From: Acidimicrobiaceae bacterium | Lineage (GTDB): Bacteria; Actinomycetota; Acidimicrobiia; Acidimicrobiales; RAAP-2 | Direction of reading: 5' to 3' | DNA: 64,000 nucleotides | Assembly (NCBI GenBank): GCA_947456245.1 | Contig: CANGPS010000007.1 | Coordinates: 12,462-76,461 of the forward strand | Shown: positions 1 to 9,018 of the stretch, piece after piece | Numbering within the stretch: the first letter of the stretch is position 1 | Layout: each line of letters begins with the position of its first letter | The notes under the pieces: generated by a model | Database searches by the model: none | What the model saw: only the letters and a program-made list of their open reading frames with translations | Told to the model about the DNA's origin: nothing | Program-made: the position numbers and the translations under genes

Positions 1-1542
1 CAGGTCGGCCTTCATCCCCGGCGCCACGACGCCCCGATCGGCCAGGCCGAAGAGGGCGGCGGTCTCCGACGTCTGGCGGCGCACCACGTGCTCGAGCGCC
101 ATGCGCTCCCCGCGGGTCCGGTCGCGCGCCCAGTGGGTGAGCATGAAGGTGGGCATCCCACCGTCGCAGATGGAGCCGCAGTGGGCGCCGGCATCCGACA
201 GCCCCATGCGGGTGGCCGGGTGCTCGTGGAGGACCTTGAGCATGCCGAGGTCGCCGTCGGAGTAGTTGAAGAGCGGGACGTAGAGCATGCCGCGCCCCTC
301 GTCCGCACACAGCGCGTCGAGGGCGAGCTCCTGCGGGGTCCTCCCGGTGGCGGCCGCGCGGGCGGCGAGCGAGTCGGTCGTCGGGTCGGGCTCGTAGTCG
401 ATGAGCTCGCCGCCGACCGGGTACATGCGGTCGAAGGCACCCGTCAGCAGGTCGATGGTGGGCGAGACCGTGGTGGGCTGCTCGGCGAGGAGTGCTGCCC
501 GGACCGTCGGATCGCTCAGCGCCCGCCGCTTCTCCTCAAGGCTGAGCCGGGCCAGGGGTCGCCAGGCCTGGTGGAGGACGAAGGGGTGGACGGTCCCCTC
601 GAGCGACTCGAGGACCCCGATGGAGCGTCCGGCCACCTGGCCCACCAGGTCGAGCCCGTCAGCGCGGGCCTGCTCGAGGAGGGCGAGGACCTCGTGCCAG
701 AGGTCGGGGGCCTGTCGAGTCTGGCTGAAGTTGAACGACACGGTGGCCCCCGATCGCTCGGCGAAGGCCCGCATCCAGCCGAACTGCTCGGGCACGTCGA
801 CGTGCTCGAGGGCGAGCTGGAAGACGCCGCGCCGGCCGGTCCGCTCGCGCTGGGACCGCAGGGCGTCGGCGAGGGCGAAGAGCTCGTCCGCCTCGGCGAA
901 GGTGCCGGGGACGAAGCGCCCGTCGGCAGCCTTGTGCAGCGAGGTGCGCGACGTCGAGATGCCGAGGGCCCCGGCGCGGAGCGCCTCCTCGGCCAGGGTC
1001 CGCATGGCGATCAGGTCGTCCGCGGTGGCGGGCTCGTTGGCCGCACCCCGCTCGCCCATCACGTAGCCCCGGAGCGGGCCGTGGGCCAGCTGGTAGCCGT
1101 GGTCGATCGCGTGGGGCTGGGCAGCCACCACGTCGAGGAACTCGCCGAAGGTCTCCCACCCCCACGAGATCCCCTCGGAGAGCGCGGAGCCGGGGATGTC
1201 CTCCACCCCCTCCATCAGCTGCACCAGCCAGGCCTCCTCGCCGGCGCGCACCGGGGCGAAGCCGACCCCGCAGTTGCCGCCGACCACGGTGGTGACGCCG
1301 TGCCAGCTCGACGGCGTGAGCCAGGGGTCCCAGGTGGCCTGGCCGTCGAAGTGCGTGTGGACGTCGACGAAGCCGGGGGTGACCAGCAGGCCGTCGGCGT
1401 CCACCGTGCGGTGGGCCCGACCGGCGGTCCCCGGATCGCACACCTCCACGATCTGATCGCCCTCGACCACCACGTCGGCGGGCCGGGCCGGCGCACCGCT
1501 CCCGTCGACGAGGAGCCCCGAGCTGATCACCAGGTCGTGCAT
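1..1542 (-). CDS. N-acyl-D-amino-acid deacylase (D-aminoacylase) family amidohydrolase; 3' end lies beyond the window
   Basis: Hand translation of the minus strand from ATG (rc of cat at 1540-1542) gives MHDLVISSGLLVDGSGAPARPADVVVEGDQIVEV...TPGFVDVHTHFDGQATWD, a metal-dependent amidohydrolase HxH-type N-terminus. The frame stays open to position 1. It is absent from the track because it runs off the edge. The 525-aa + ORF 88..1665 is its antisense shadow. Confidence 0.75.
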   Translation of the reverse strand, partial: MHDLVISSGLLVDGSGAPARPADVVVEGDQIVEVCDPGTAGRAHRTVDADGLLVTPGFVDVHTHFDGQATWDPWLTPSSWHGVTTVVGGNCGVGFAPVRAGEEAWLVQLMEGVEDIPGSALSEGISWGWETFGEFLDVVAAQPHAIDHGYQLAHGPLRGYVMGERGAANEPATADDLIAMRTLAEEALRAGALGISTSRTSLHKAADGRFVPGTFAEADELFALADALRSQRERTGRRGVFQLALEHVDVPEQFGWMRAFAERSGATVSFNFSQTRQAPDLWHEVLALLEQARADGLDLVGQVAGRSIGVLESLEGTVHPFVLHQAWRPLARLSLEEKRRALSDPTVRAALLAEQPTTVSPTIDLLTGAFDRMYPVGGELIDYEPDPTTDSLAARAAATGRTPQELALDALCADEGRGMLYVPLFNYSDGDLGMLKVLHEHPATRMGLSDAGAHCGSICDGGMPTFMLTHWARDRTRGERMALEHVVRRQTSETAALFGLADRGVVAPGMKADL

Positions 1543-1583
1543 CCTGCGAGGTTACGTCGGCGGCCCTCGTCAGGCTGGCCGCA

Positions 1584-2387
1584 TCAACCGTCGCTGGCGA
1601 GGAAGTCCATCACCTCAGAGATCGCCCGAGGATCCTGGACCAGGAACGGGTGCCCTCCCTCGTAGACGCGCAGGAGGGCGCCCGGGATCCTGGCCGCGAG
1701 GGCCTCGGAGTTCTCGAGCGGGGCCGTGCCGTCGAAGCGGCCCGCGGCGACGAGCGTGGGGCACGTGATCGCCTCGAGGCGGTCGTAGGTGTCGTGGTGG
1801 CGACGTGCCGCGAGCTGGAGCGCTGCTCCCCGCCGTCGCTCGTCGGGGAGCTCAGTATCCCTACGACCCGCGAGGTGCTCCGCCAGGGCCCGATCTGACG
1901 GGTGGTCGGCGAGCCAGGCCTCGTCGAAGCGCGTGTCGGCGATGGCCACCTCGACCCGACGACGCTCCTCGGGCGACAGGTCGGCGAGCTCGTGGAGCGG
2001 GTAGCTCGAGCCCCCGCGCCCTCCTGACGAGGTGCAGAGCAGGCCGAGGCGCTCCACTCGCTCAGGGTGGGTGACCGCGAACTCCTGGGCCACCATCCCG
2101 CCGAAGCTGAGCCCGAGCACCCGTGCCGATCCCCACCCGAGGTGGTCGAGGAGCGCCACGCCGTCTCGGGCATAGTCCGCCATGGTCGGCGCAGGGCCCG
2201 TGGGGATCCCGGTGAGGCCGAGGCCGCGTTGGTCGTGGACCAGCAGCTCGAATCGGCTGGACAGGACCTCGATGAGCAGCGCCATCTCGGCGATCGACGA
2301 CCCACTGCCGTTGAAGAACAGCAGGCGGGGACCCGAGCCCTCGACCACGTAGTGCAGGTCGACCTCCGGCAGGTGAAGGGTGGCCAT
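1584..2387 (-). CDS. alpha/beta hydrolase fold protein
   Basis: Track ORF 1584..2516, trimmed to the internal ATG at 2387 (MATLHLPEVDLHYVVEGSGPRLLFFNGSG). Nucleophile elbow GLSFGG; C-terminal ...YEGGHPF typical of the fold. Confidence 0.8.
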   Translation of the reverse strand: MATLHLPEVDLHYVVEGSGPRLLFFNGSGSSIAEMALLIEVLSSRFELLVHDQRGLGLTGIPTGPAPTMADYARDGVALLDHLGWGSARVLGLSFGGMVAQEFAVTHPERVERLGLLCTSSGGRGGSSYPLHELADLSPEERRRVEVAIADTRFDEAWLADHPSDRALAEHLAGRRDTELPDERRRGAALQLAARRHHDTYDRLEAITCPTLVAAGRFDGTAPLENSEALAARIPGALLRVYEGGHPFLVQDPRAISEVMDFLASDG

Positions 2388-2503
2388 CGGTCGGAAGGCT
2401 ATCGCCGGTCCTCTGGCGCGACCGGTCCCCTCGGCACGGCGCCAGAGGCTCTGCTTCCAGCTCGGCGACGCGGGACATATCCTCGCCGCATGAGGGCTGG
2501 GCG

Positions 2504-3019
2504 ATGACCGCACCACCGGAGTCGTGCGACCGCTGTGGCTTCACCTACGCCGACGTCGGGATCCTCGAGGCCGCCGAGCGGACCGTGGCCGCCGCCGAGG
2601 TGCTCGGCCAGGAGCTTGTCGCGGCAGGTCCGGCCGGCGCCGAGCGACCCGGCCCTGCGTCGTGGTCGGCGGTCGAGTACGCAGGTCACGTCCGCGACGT
2701 CCTGCTGAGCATCCGGGAGCGCACGGTGCTGGCCACGATCCTCGACGAGCCCGTGGGCACCCCGATCTACCGAGAGGAGCGGATCGCCCTCGGCCTCAGC
2801 CGGCTCGACAGCCCGGAGACGCTCGCCGTGGAGCTGAAGGTGGCCTCCGACCTGCTCCGCCGGACCCTCCTCGCACTGCCCGACGGGGCAGGGGCGCGCA
2901 CCATGACGTACTCGGCGCAGACGCCGATCATCGCCTCGGTGGCGTGGATGGCCGCCCAGGCCGCCCACGAGGCGGAGCACCACCTCGCCGACGTCCGGGC
3001 GGCGGTGGGTCGGCGCTGA
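2504..3019 (+). CDS. DinB / mycothiol-dependent maleylpyruvate isomerase-like family protein
   Basis: 171 aa. Conserved His positions (YAGHVRD ... AHEAEHHLADV) are typical of the DinB four-helix metal site. N-terminal CxxC (CDRCG). Confidence 0.55.
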   Translation: MTAPPESCDRCGFTYADVGILEAAERTVAAAEVLGQELVAAGPAGAERPGPASWSAVEYAGHVRDVLLSIRERTVLATILDEPVGTPIYREERIALGLSRLDSPETLAVELKVASDLLRRTLLALPDGAGARTMTYSAQTPIIASVAWMAAQAAHEAEHHLADVRAAVGRR

Positions 3020-3051
3020 GGGGCGCGTCGGGTCCCCGATAGGTTGCAGCC

Positions 3052-3963
3052 ATGGACTTCTCCCTCTGGCCCAACCCCGAGCGATCCTTCGACGAGCTCC
3101 GGCGGCTCGTCCTGCAGGCAGAGGAGGCCGGCTGGCACGCGGCCTACGTCGCCGACCACTTCATGGACGACAAGGCGGTCGGCGAGCCTGCGGAGGTCCC
3201 GATGCTCGAGTCGACCGCCACCTTGGCGGCACTCGCCGCCTCGACGACGACCATCCGGCTCGGGACGCTCGTGGCCAGCGCCACCTACCGGCACCCGGCG
3301 GTGCTGGCGAACTGGGCGAGCACCGCCGACCAGATCAGCCAGGGTCGGCTGATCCTGGGCCTCGGCGCGGGCTGGCAGCTCAACGAGCACCATGCCTACG
3401 GCATCGAGCTCGGCGACGTGCCCACCCGCATCGACCGGTTCGAGCAGTACGTGACGGTCGTGCGCTCGCTGCTCGCCGGGGGCACCACCACCTTCGCGGG
3501 GTCGCACTACCAGCTCGAGGCGGCACCTTGTCGACCGGAACCCGTGCAGCAGCCCCTCCCCCTCCTGCTCGGCGTCAAGGGGGAGCGTCGCACCATGGCC
3601 ATCGCCGCCGCCCAGGCCTCCATCTGGAACGCCTGGTGCACCCCGGAGGAGCTCGCGCATCGCAACGGCGTCCTCGACGGCCACTGCGCCACCATCGGCC
3701 GCGACCCAGCGGAGATCCGCCGGACCACGCAGGCGCTCGTGATCCCCACCGCCACCGCCGACGAGGGCCAGGCCCTCCGGGAGTCCTCGATCGGGCGCCC
3801 GCTGGTCGCGGGCACACCGGAGCAGATGATCGAGGACCTGGCGCGCTTCGCCGAGGCCGGCTGCGACGAGTTCATCGTTCCAGGGTGGACGCTCGGCGAC
3901 GGCACGGCGGCCTCCGACGCCATCGCCATGCTGACCGAGTCGGTGGCGCCCGCGCTTCGCTGA
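3052..3963 (+). CDS. LLM-class (luciferase-like) F420-dependent oxidoreductase
   Basis: 303 aa. MDFSLWPNP...AGWHAAYVADHF...LGLGAGW pattern of the luciferase-like monooxygenase / F420 oxidoreductase family. Confidence 0.8.
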   Translation: MDFSLWPNPERSFDELRRLVLQAEEAGWHAAYVADHFMDDKAVGEPAEVPMLESTATLAALAASTTTIRLGTLVASATYRHPAVLANWASTADQISQGRLILGLGAGWQLNEHHAYGIELGDVPTRIDRFEQYVTVVRSLLAGGTTTFAGSHYQLEAAPCRPEPVQQPLPLLLGVKGERRTMAIAAAQASIWNAWCTPEELAHRNGVLDGHCATIGRDPAEIRRTTQALVIPTATADEGQALRESSIGRPLVAGTPEQMIEDLARFAEAGCDEFIVPGWTLGDGTAASDAIAMLTESVAPALR

Positions 3964-3967
3964 GCGC

Positions 3968-4795
3968 TCAGGCCTCCTCCATCGGCTCGAGCCCGAAGAT
4001 CCGCCGGGCGCCGACCTCGAGGTACGCCGCCGCCTCTCGGCGAGGCAGCGAGGCGAGGAAGGCGTGGACGTCCCGGGTGGTGTCTCCCACCACCCACACC
4101 GGGCCCTCGCCGAGGTGCAGCAGCCCCTCGTGGGCGACCTCAGCGGGATCGAGCCCCGGGAGCAGGTCGCTGCCGACCACCGAGCCCGCCCGACGGAGCG
4201 CCGGCGTGTCGGTCACGCCGGGGATCAGGCACAGCACGTCCACGCCACGAGGGGCCACCTCCGCCCACAGGCCCTCGGCGAAGGCGACGACGAAGGCCTT
4301 CGCCGCACCGGGCACCGCGCTCAGCGCGGCGCCGGCGACTGAGGACATCGCCGACAGCAGGACGAACCCGCCACGGCCACGTTCGACCATGGGACCGAGG
4401 AAGCGGCCAGCGAGCTCGACCGGGACCTCGCAGTTGAGCCGCGCCAGCGCCCGCTCCTCGGCTCGAGAGCGCTCGATGAAGGGGGTCGCCTGGTGCCCAC
4501 CGCCCGCTGCCACCACCACGAGGCCGACCTCGAGGCCGGCCGTGGCGTCGGCGAGGCGAACGTGCGTGTCCTCGTCGAGCAGGTCTCCCGCCACGGTGAC
4601 CACCGATCCTCCGTGGTCCGCACGCAGCGCCGCGGCCAGTTCCTCGAGCGGCCCCGAGCGGCGGGCCACGAGCACCAGGTCGAACCCGTCGGCCGCCAAG
4701 GACCTGGCGAACGCGGCGCCGATGCCCTCGGAACCCCCCGCGATCACCGCCAACGGACCACAACGCGCTCGCAGGTCCGCACGCCGGTCGCTCAT
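3968..4795 (-). CDS. SDR family oxidoreductase
   Basis: 275 aa. Rossmann motif AVIAGGSEGIG near the N-terminus; typical short-chain dehydrogenase length. Confidence 0.8.
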   Translation of the reverse strand: MSDRRADLRARCGPLAVIAGGSEGIGAAFARSLAADGFDLVLVARRSGPLEELAAALRADHGGSVVTVAGDLLDEDTHVRLADATAGLEVGLVVVAAGGGHQATPFIERSRAEERALARLNCEVPVELAGRFLGPMVERGRGGFVLLSAMSSVAGAALSAVPGAAKAFVVAFAEGLWAEVAPRGVDVLCLIPGVTDTPALRRAGSVVGSDLLPGLDPAEVAHEGLLHLGEGPVWVVGDTTRDVHAFLASLPRREAAAYLEVGARRIFGLEPMEEA

Positions 4796-4861
4796 GGGGC
4801 TCCTCGAGGTTGTCCAGATTCGGAGTGCCAGATGCCCTCCTGATCCCTACAGTTCAGCCCA

Positions 4862-5701
4862 ATGGCACCGTCACCTCAACCACGACCGAGCATCGCCGCC
4901 GAACGGGTCCTCGCCGCCTGCCGCTCGATGCTCGGCGTCGGCGGCCCGCTCCCGCTGGCCGAGCTGGCAGCGACCTGCCATACGAGCCCCCGACAGCTCT
5001 CGCGATCCTTCGCCGACGTCCTCGGCGTCACCCCGAACGAGTTCGGCCAGGCCGTCCGCACGGGCCGAGCCCGCGAGCTGCTCCGGTCGAGCTCGTCGGT
5101 GAGCGCGGCGCTCGTCGCCGCGGGATTCGGATCGGTGCGGGCCTTCTACGAGTCCGTCCCCCAGACCATCGGCATGGACCCGGCCACCTATCGTGCTGGT
5201 GCCTCGGGGGAGACGCTGCGCTGGACCACCGTCGTGGCCTCGATCGGCACGATCATCGTCGTGGCCTCCGATCGCGGGCTGGCGGCCGTGCGCATCGGTG
5301 GCTCGGCCGGCCAGGTCGTCGCCGAGGTGGCCGACGAGTTCCCCGGTGCCGAGCTCGTCGAGGATGCCGACGGGCTCGGCCTCGTCGCCACGGCGGTGGG
5401 TCGGCTCGCACGGGGCCTCGACGCCACCATCGACCTGCCGCTCGACCTCAAGGGCACCGCCTTCCAGGCACGCGTCTGGGAGGCGCTGCGCCGGATCCCG
5501 GCCGGCGAGGTGCGCAGCTATGCGGAGGTGGCCGCGTCGATCGGATCGCCGGCGGCCGTCCGGGCGGTCGGCACGGCCTGCGGCAGGAACCCGGTGGCCC
5601 TCGTGATCCCCTGCCATCGCGTCGTGCGATCGGACGGCGGGCTCGGCGGCTACCGCTGGGGCCTCGAGGTCAAGCGCGCCCTGCTCGAGGCGGAGGCCTA
5701 G
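4862..5701 (+). CDS. AraC-type HTH fused to methylated-DNA-[protein]-cysteine S-methyltransferase (Ada/Ogt-like)
   Basis: 279 aa. The N-terminal part resembles an AraC HTH (LAELAATCHTSPRQLSRSFADVLGVTPNEF). The C-terminal part has the MGMT active site IPCHRVV and YRWG. Confidence 0.8.
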   Translation: MAPSPQPRPSIAAERVLAACRSMLGVGGPLPLAELAATCHTSPRQLSRSFADVLGVTPNEFGQAVRTGRARELLRSSSSVSAALVAAGFGSVRAFYESVPQTIGMDPATYRAGASGETLRWTTVVASIGTIIVVASDRGLAAVRIGGSAGQVVAEVADEFPGAELVEDADGLGLVATAVGRLARGLDATIDLPLDLKGTAFQARVWEALRRIPAGEVRSYAEVAASIGSPAAVRAVGTACGRNPVALVIPCHRVVRSDGGLGGYRWGLEVKRALLEAEA

Positions 5702-6495
5702 GCGGGGCCGTCCACGGTCGTGGCCGGCACCTCGGCGATCCGATCCCGGTGCGACCAGCTCAAGAACCCCACCACGGCCGCGATGGCAGCCAGGAAGATG
5801 ACGCTGGTCACCGTGGTCCCGAGGCCGTTGCCTCCAGCATCCTTCGGCTGGGCGAGGAAGTCGCCGATCGACGCACCGAGCGGGCGGGTCAGGATGTAGG
5901 CCAGCCAGAAGGCGAGGACCTCGTTCATCACCTTGGTCCTCCACAGCAGGTAGATCGCGGCGATCACCCCGCCGAAGAACACGGCCGAGAGCCCGTAGCC
6001 CCAGTCCACCCGCTCGGCCAGCAGGTCGCCGGTGGCGGTCCCGAGCGCGAAGGTCCACAGGATGGCCAGCCAGTAGAAGGCCTCCCTGGGTGCGGTGGTG
6101 ATGCTCTTCATGGACAGTGAGCCCTCGAGGCGGAACCAGACTCCGAACGTGACCAGCAGGGCGGCGAGGAAGACCAGCGACGACGTCACCAGCGAGACGC
6201 CGAGGTTGTCGGTCAGGTTGTCCGTGATCAGGGTACCGACGACGCTGATCAGCACGACGACGAGCCAGTAGGCCACCGGGACGTAGCGCTTGAGGCGGAA
6301 CTGGACCACGAGCGCCACCCCCAGGACGGCGCTCATGACGATGCTCGTTCCGGTCAGCCCCATGTTGAGGTTGGTGTTCAGGAAGTCCGCAAAGGTCTCG
6401 CCGACCGTGGTGGCCAGGATCTTGATGATCCAGAAGAAGAGGGTGATGGCGGGGACGCGCACCGCAAGGGCGCGCGGCGAGAGGGTCGTGGTCAT
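5698..6495 (-). CDS. integral membrane protein of unknown function
   Basis: 265 aa with multiple hydrophobic helices (ITLFFWIIKILATTVGETFADF...). Coding-like composition. Converges on the Ada-like gene and shares the CTAG stop region. Confidence 0.6.
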   Translation of the reverse strand: MTTTLSPRALAVRVPAITLFFWIIKILATTVGETFADFLNTNLNMGLTGTSIVMSAVLGVALVVQFRLKRYVPVAYWLVVVLISVVGTLITDNLTDNLGVSLVTSSLVFLAALLVTFGVWFRLEGSLSMKSITTAPREAFYWLAILWTFALGTATGDLLAERVDWGYGLSAVFFGGVIAAIYLLWRTKVMNEVLAFWLAYILTRPLGASIGDFLAQPKDAGGNGLGTTVTSVIFLAAIAAVVGFLSWSHRDRIAEVPATTVDGPA

Positions 6496-6590
6496 GCCCC
6501 GAGGCTATCCAGCAGCCGCCTCTTCGCCCTCAGACCAGCCCAAGGATCGCCGCAGGGCGAAGCGAGGGCCGCTGGCCGCCGAACCGAGGA

Positions 6591-6962
6591 TCACGCGGTC
6601 GTCGTCTGGAGGATCAGGCCGTTGCCGTCGGGATCCTCCAACGTGACGTACCGGCCCCACGGGGCATCGAGGATCGCTCCCTCCATGCGGTGTCCACGCT
6701 CGGCGATCTCGGCGATGGTGCCCTCGAGGTCGTCGGTCTCGAGGACGAGCCCGCGCAGGGAGCCGGGCGGCATCGTCTCGAACCAGGTGACGAGCGTCAT
6801 GGAGGTCGCTGCCCCACGCGGCGCCACCTCGACCCAGCGCTGATCCGGTCCCATCGGGTTGTCACGCACCAGGTCGAAGCCGAGGACGTCGACGTAGAAC
6901 GCCTTGGCGACCTCCTGGTCGCGGACGGGGATGGAGAGCAGCTGGATGCGGTCGATGGCCAT
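6591..6962 (-). CDS. VOC (glyoxalase/bleomycin-resistance/dioxygenase) family protein
   Basis: Track ORF 6591..7376, trimmed to the ATG at 6962 (MAIDRIQLLSIPVRDQEVAKAFYVDVLGF...). 123 aa, the classic VOC beta-alpha-beta-beta-beta module. Confidence 0.8.
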   Translation of the reverse strand: MAIDRIQLLSIPVRDQEVAKAFYVDVLGFDLVRDNPMGPDQRWVEVAPRGAATSMTLVTWFETMPPGSLRGLVLETDDLEGTIAEIAERGHRMEGAILDAPWGRYVTLEDPDGNGLILQTTTA

Positions 6963-7035
6963 GGGCCAGTCCACCACGAGCGGCCCCGCCTTGCCCAGAC
7001 CATGCATCACGGCGCTGGACGCCTCGGCGCCGTGC

Positions 7036-7518
7036 TCAGCGCTCCGACGCGTCCGGCCGTGGCGAGCCGGGGAGGAAGCGACGAGGACCTGCACCCTCCG
7101 CGGACATCGTGTCCGCGGGGTTGACCAGCAGGCAGCGCTTGAACGAGAGGCAGCCGCAGCCGATGCAATCCGACAGGTCCTCCCGCAGCCGGGTGAGCTG
7201 GTCGATCTGCTCGTCGAGGCGGTCCCGCCACACGGCGGACAGCTTCGCCCAGTCGTCCTCCCGGGGGGTGCGCTGGCGGGGTAGGACCTCGAGCGCGTCG
7301 CGGATGTCGGCCAGCGGGATGCCGACGCGCTGCGAGGCCCGGATGAAGGCCAGGCGCCGGAGCGTGTCCCGGGCATAGCGACGCTGGTTGCCGTCGTTGC
7401 GAGTGCTCGAGATCAGCCCCTGGCGCTCGTAGAAGTGGAGCGTCGACACGGCCAGGCCGCTGCGGTCGGCGACCTGGCCCACGGACCACGAGTGGAAGGA
7501 CGTCTGGCCACGGGGCAT
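7036..7518 (-). CDS. soxR: redox-sensitive MerR-family transcriptional activator SoxR
   Basis: 160 aa. MerR HTH (WSVGQVADRSGLAVSTLHFYERQGLI) plus the diagnostic [2Fe-2S] motif CIGCGCLSFKRC. Confidence 0.85.
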   Translation of the reverse strand: MPRGQTSFHSWSVGQVADRSGLAVSTLHFYERQGLISSTRNDGNQRRYARDTLRRLAFIRASQRVGIPLADIRDALEVLPRQRTPREDDWAKLSAVWRDRLDEQIDQLTRLREDLSDCIGCGCLSFKRCLLVNPADTMSAEGAGPRRFLPGSPRPDASER

Positions 7519-7534
7519 CGTCCGAGGCTACCGC

Positions 7535-7558
7535 TTGACCCCAACAAAGGTTGAGGTG
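7535..7558. promoter_or_regulatory. putative SoxR box overlapping a -35-like TTGACC
   Basis: TTGACCCCAACAAAGGTTGAGGTG. Dyad ACCCCAAC / GTTGAGGT (7 of 8 complementary), centred between soxR (start 7518, minus) and the + operon starting 7598. Resembles the TTGACCTCAA-N-TTGAGGT layout of known SoxR operators. Confidence 0.6.
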
Positions 7559-7597
7559 TCAGGCTCCCTCAGGTCACCCGACGACGAGGAGCGAACG

Positions 7598-7888
7598 ATG
7601 GAAGCATTCATGGTGGTCTGCAGGTTCAAAGCCGGCACGGAGATGGACGAGGTCTTCGCCGTCGTGGCCGAGGAGCAGGCCCGCGCGGCCGAGCTCGAGG
7701 CCGAGAGCCGCGTCGGGGCGATCCGCCTGTCCCTCGCCCGGGGCACCGTCTTCATCGAGACCTTCGCCGCTGACGCCGACGAGGCATCGGCGACCATCCA
7801 CACGCTGCCCATGGCGCGGTGGTGGGACCTCGACGTCTTCCCCTTGGCCGCCCCCGTCGCCCCCGTCGCCCCCGGGGCGGCATCGTGA
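7598..7888 (+). CDS. muconolactone delta-isomerase-like small protein (function uncertain)
   Basis: Track ORF 7535..7888, trimmed to MEAFMVVCRFKAG... The pattern ...TLPMARWWDLDVFPL resembles the MIase-family C-terminus. Its stop overlaps the next gene's GTG (GTGA at 7885-7888). Confidence 0.45.
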   Translation: MEAFMVVCRFKAGTEMDEVFAVVAEEQARAAELEAESRVGAIRLSLARGTVFIETFAADADEASATIHTLPMARWWDLDVFPLAAPVAPVAPGAAS

Positions 7889-8271
7889 GCATCTTCACCG
7901 AGGCGGAGATCGCCTACCTCTCGTCCCAGCCCCTCATGCGCTTCGCCACGGCGTCGCCCGACGGTCGTCCCGACGTGGCCCCGGTGGTCTTCGAGCTCGA
8001 GGGTGACGACCTCGTCACCGCCGGCTTCGACATCACCCACACCGTCCGCTACCGCAACATCGCGCGCAATCCACGGGCCACGGTGGTGATCGACGACCTG
8101 GCGTCGATGGACCCCTGGTCGCCTCGCGGCATCAAGGTCATCGGTGCCGCCACCATCGAGGAGGTGGGCGGCGCCCCGAGGTTCCGCATCTCGCCGGAGA
8201 CCATCATCAGCTGGGCCATCAACGACACCACGCCAGGGATCCCGAAGATGGAGCGGCGAACGGCCGGCTGA
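7885..8271 (+). CDS. PPOX-class (pyridoxamine 5'-phosphate oxidase family) probable F420-dependent enzyme
   Basis: GTG start at 7885, in frame with track ORF 7819..8271. VSIFTEAEIAYLSSQPLMRFATASPDGRPDVAPVVFE...RNPRATVVIDD, the typical split-barrel PPOX signature. Confidence 0.7.
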   Translation: MSIFTEAEIAYLSSQPLMRFATASPDGRPDVAPVVFELEGDDLVTAGFDITHTVRYRNIARNPRATVVIDDLASMDPWSPRGIKVIGAATIEEVGGAPRFRISPETIISWAINDTTPGIPKMERRTAG

Positions 8272-8286
8272 CCGACGACGGCAGCC

Positions 8287-8928
8287 CTAGCGCCTCGTGA
8301 AGGTCAGGTGGACCACTCCGCTTGGCGACGTAACGGCCTCGATGGCGAAGCGCTCCTCCGTGCCCTCCAGGCCCTCCCAGAGCCGCGTGCCACGACCGAG
8401 CACGATCGGCACCTGGACCACGTGCAGCTCGTCGACCAGGTCGGCCTCGAGGAAGCCCCTGACCGTCGTCGGGCCGCCACCGACGCGGACGTCGAGCCCG
8501 CCCGCCGCCTGCCTGGCGAGGTCGAGGACCTCCTTCGGCGACCCAGCGACGAAGTGGAAGGTCGTGCCACCCTCCATCACCATCGGCTCGGCCTCATGAC
8601 GGGTCATCACGAACACCGGCGTGTGGAACGGCGGATCCTCCCCCCACCAGCCCCGCCAGGTCGCGTCCTCCTGCCAGCCAGGGGGGCCGAACTTGCCGGC
8701 CCCCATGATCTCGGCTCCGATGCCAAGGACGTTCCGTTCGGCGAAGGCCTGGTCGACCCCGACCCCGCCGCCGTCCTGGCCGAACAGGGATCGTCCGAAC
8801 TGCGTGGCGAACATCCAGTCGTGCAGGCGACGCCCCGCGTGGCCGAACGGATCCTCGAGGGTCATGCCGTCGCCGGTCCCGAACCCGTCGAGCGAGATGG
8901 AGAAGTTGTGGACGCGGACCTTGCTCAT
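8287..8928 (-). CDS. dihydrofolate reductase family protein (RibD C-terminal domain type)
   Basis: Trimmed to MSKVRVHNFSISLDGFGTG... C-terminal ...VVQVPIVLGRGTRLWEG...VHLTF is typical of the RibD_C / DHFR-like family. Confidence 0.75.
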   Translation of the reverse strand: MSKVRVHNFSISLDGFGTGDGMTLEDPFGHAGRRLHDWMFATQFGRSLFGQDGGGVGVDQAFAERNVLGIGAEIMGAGKFGPPGWQEDATWRGWWGEDPPFHTPVFVMTRHEAEPMVMEGGTTFHFVAGSPKEVLDLARQAAGGLDVRVGGGPTTVRGFLEADLVDELHVVQVPIVLGRGTRLWEGLEGTEERFAIEAVTSPSGVVHLTFTRR

Positions 8929-9018
8929 CGTTCCCTCCGAGGCGCCGCCTCCCGATGTGGGCAGCACGGCCACGGTAGTGCGGGGCTCAGGACCCACGGC
9001 CCTCGAGCGGCCCGGGGT

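Noticed and set aside
5698-5701. Convergent genes sharing a 4-nt overlap at CCTAGG, with TAG used as the stop on both strands.
   Set aside because: It is real but trivial. Palindromic CTAG gives a stop on both strands by chance, and nothing suggests regulation.
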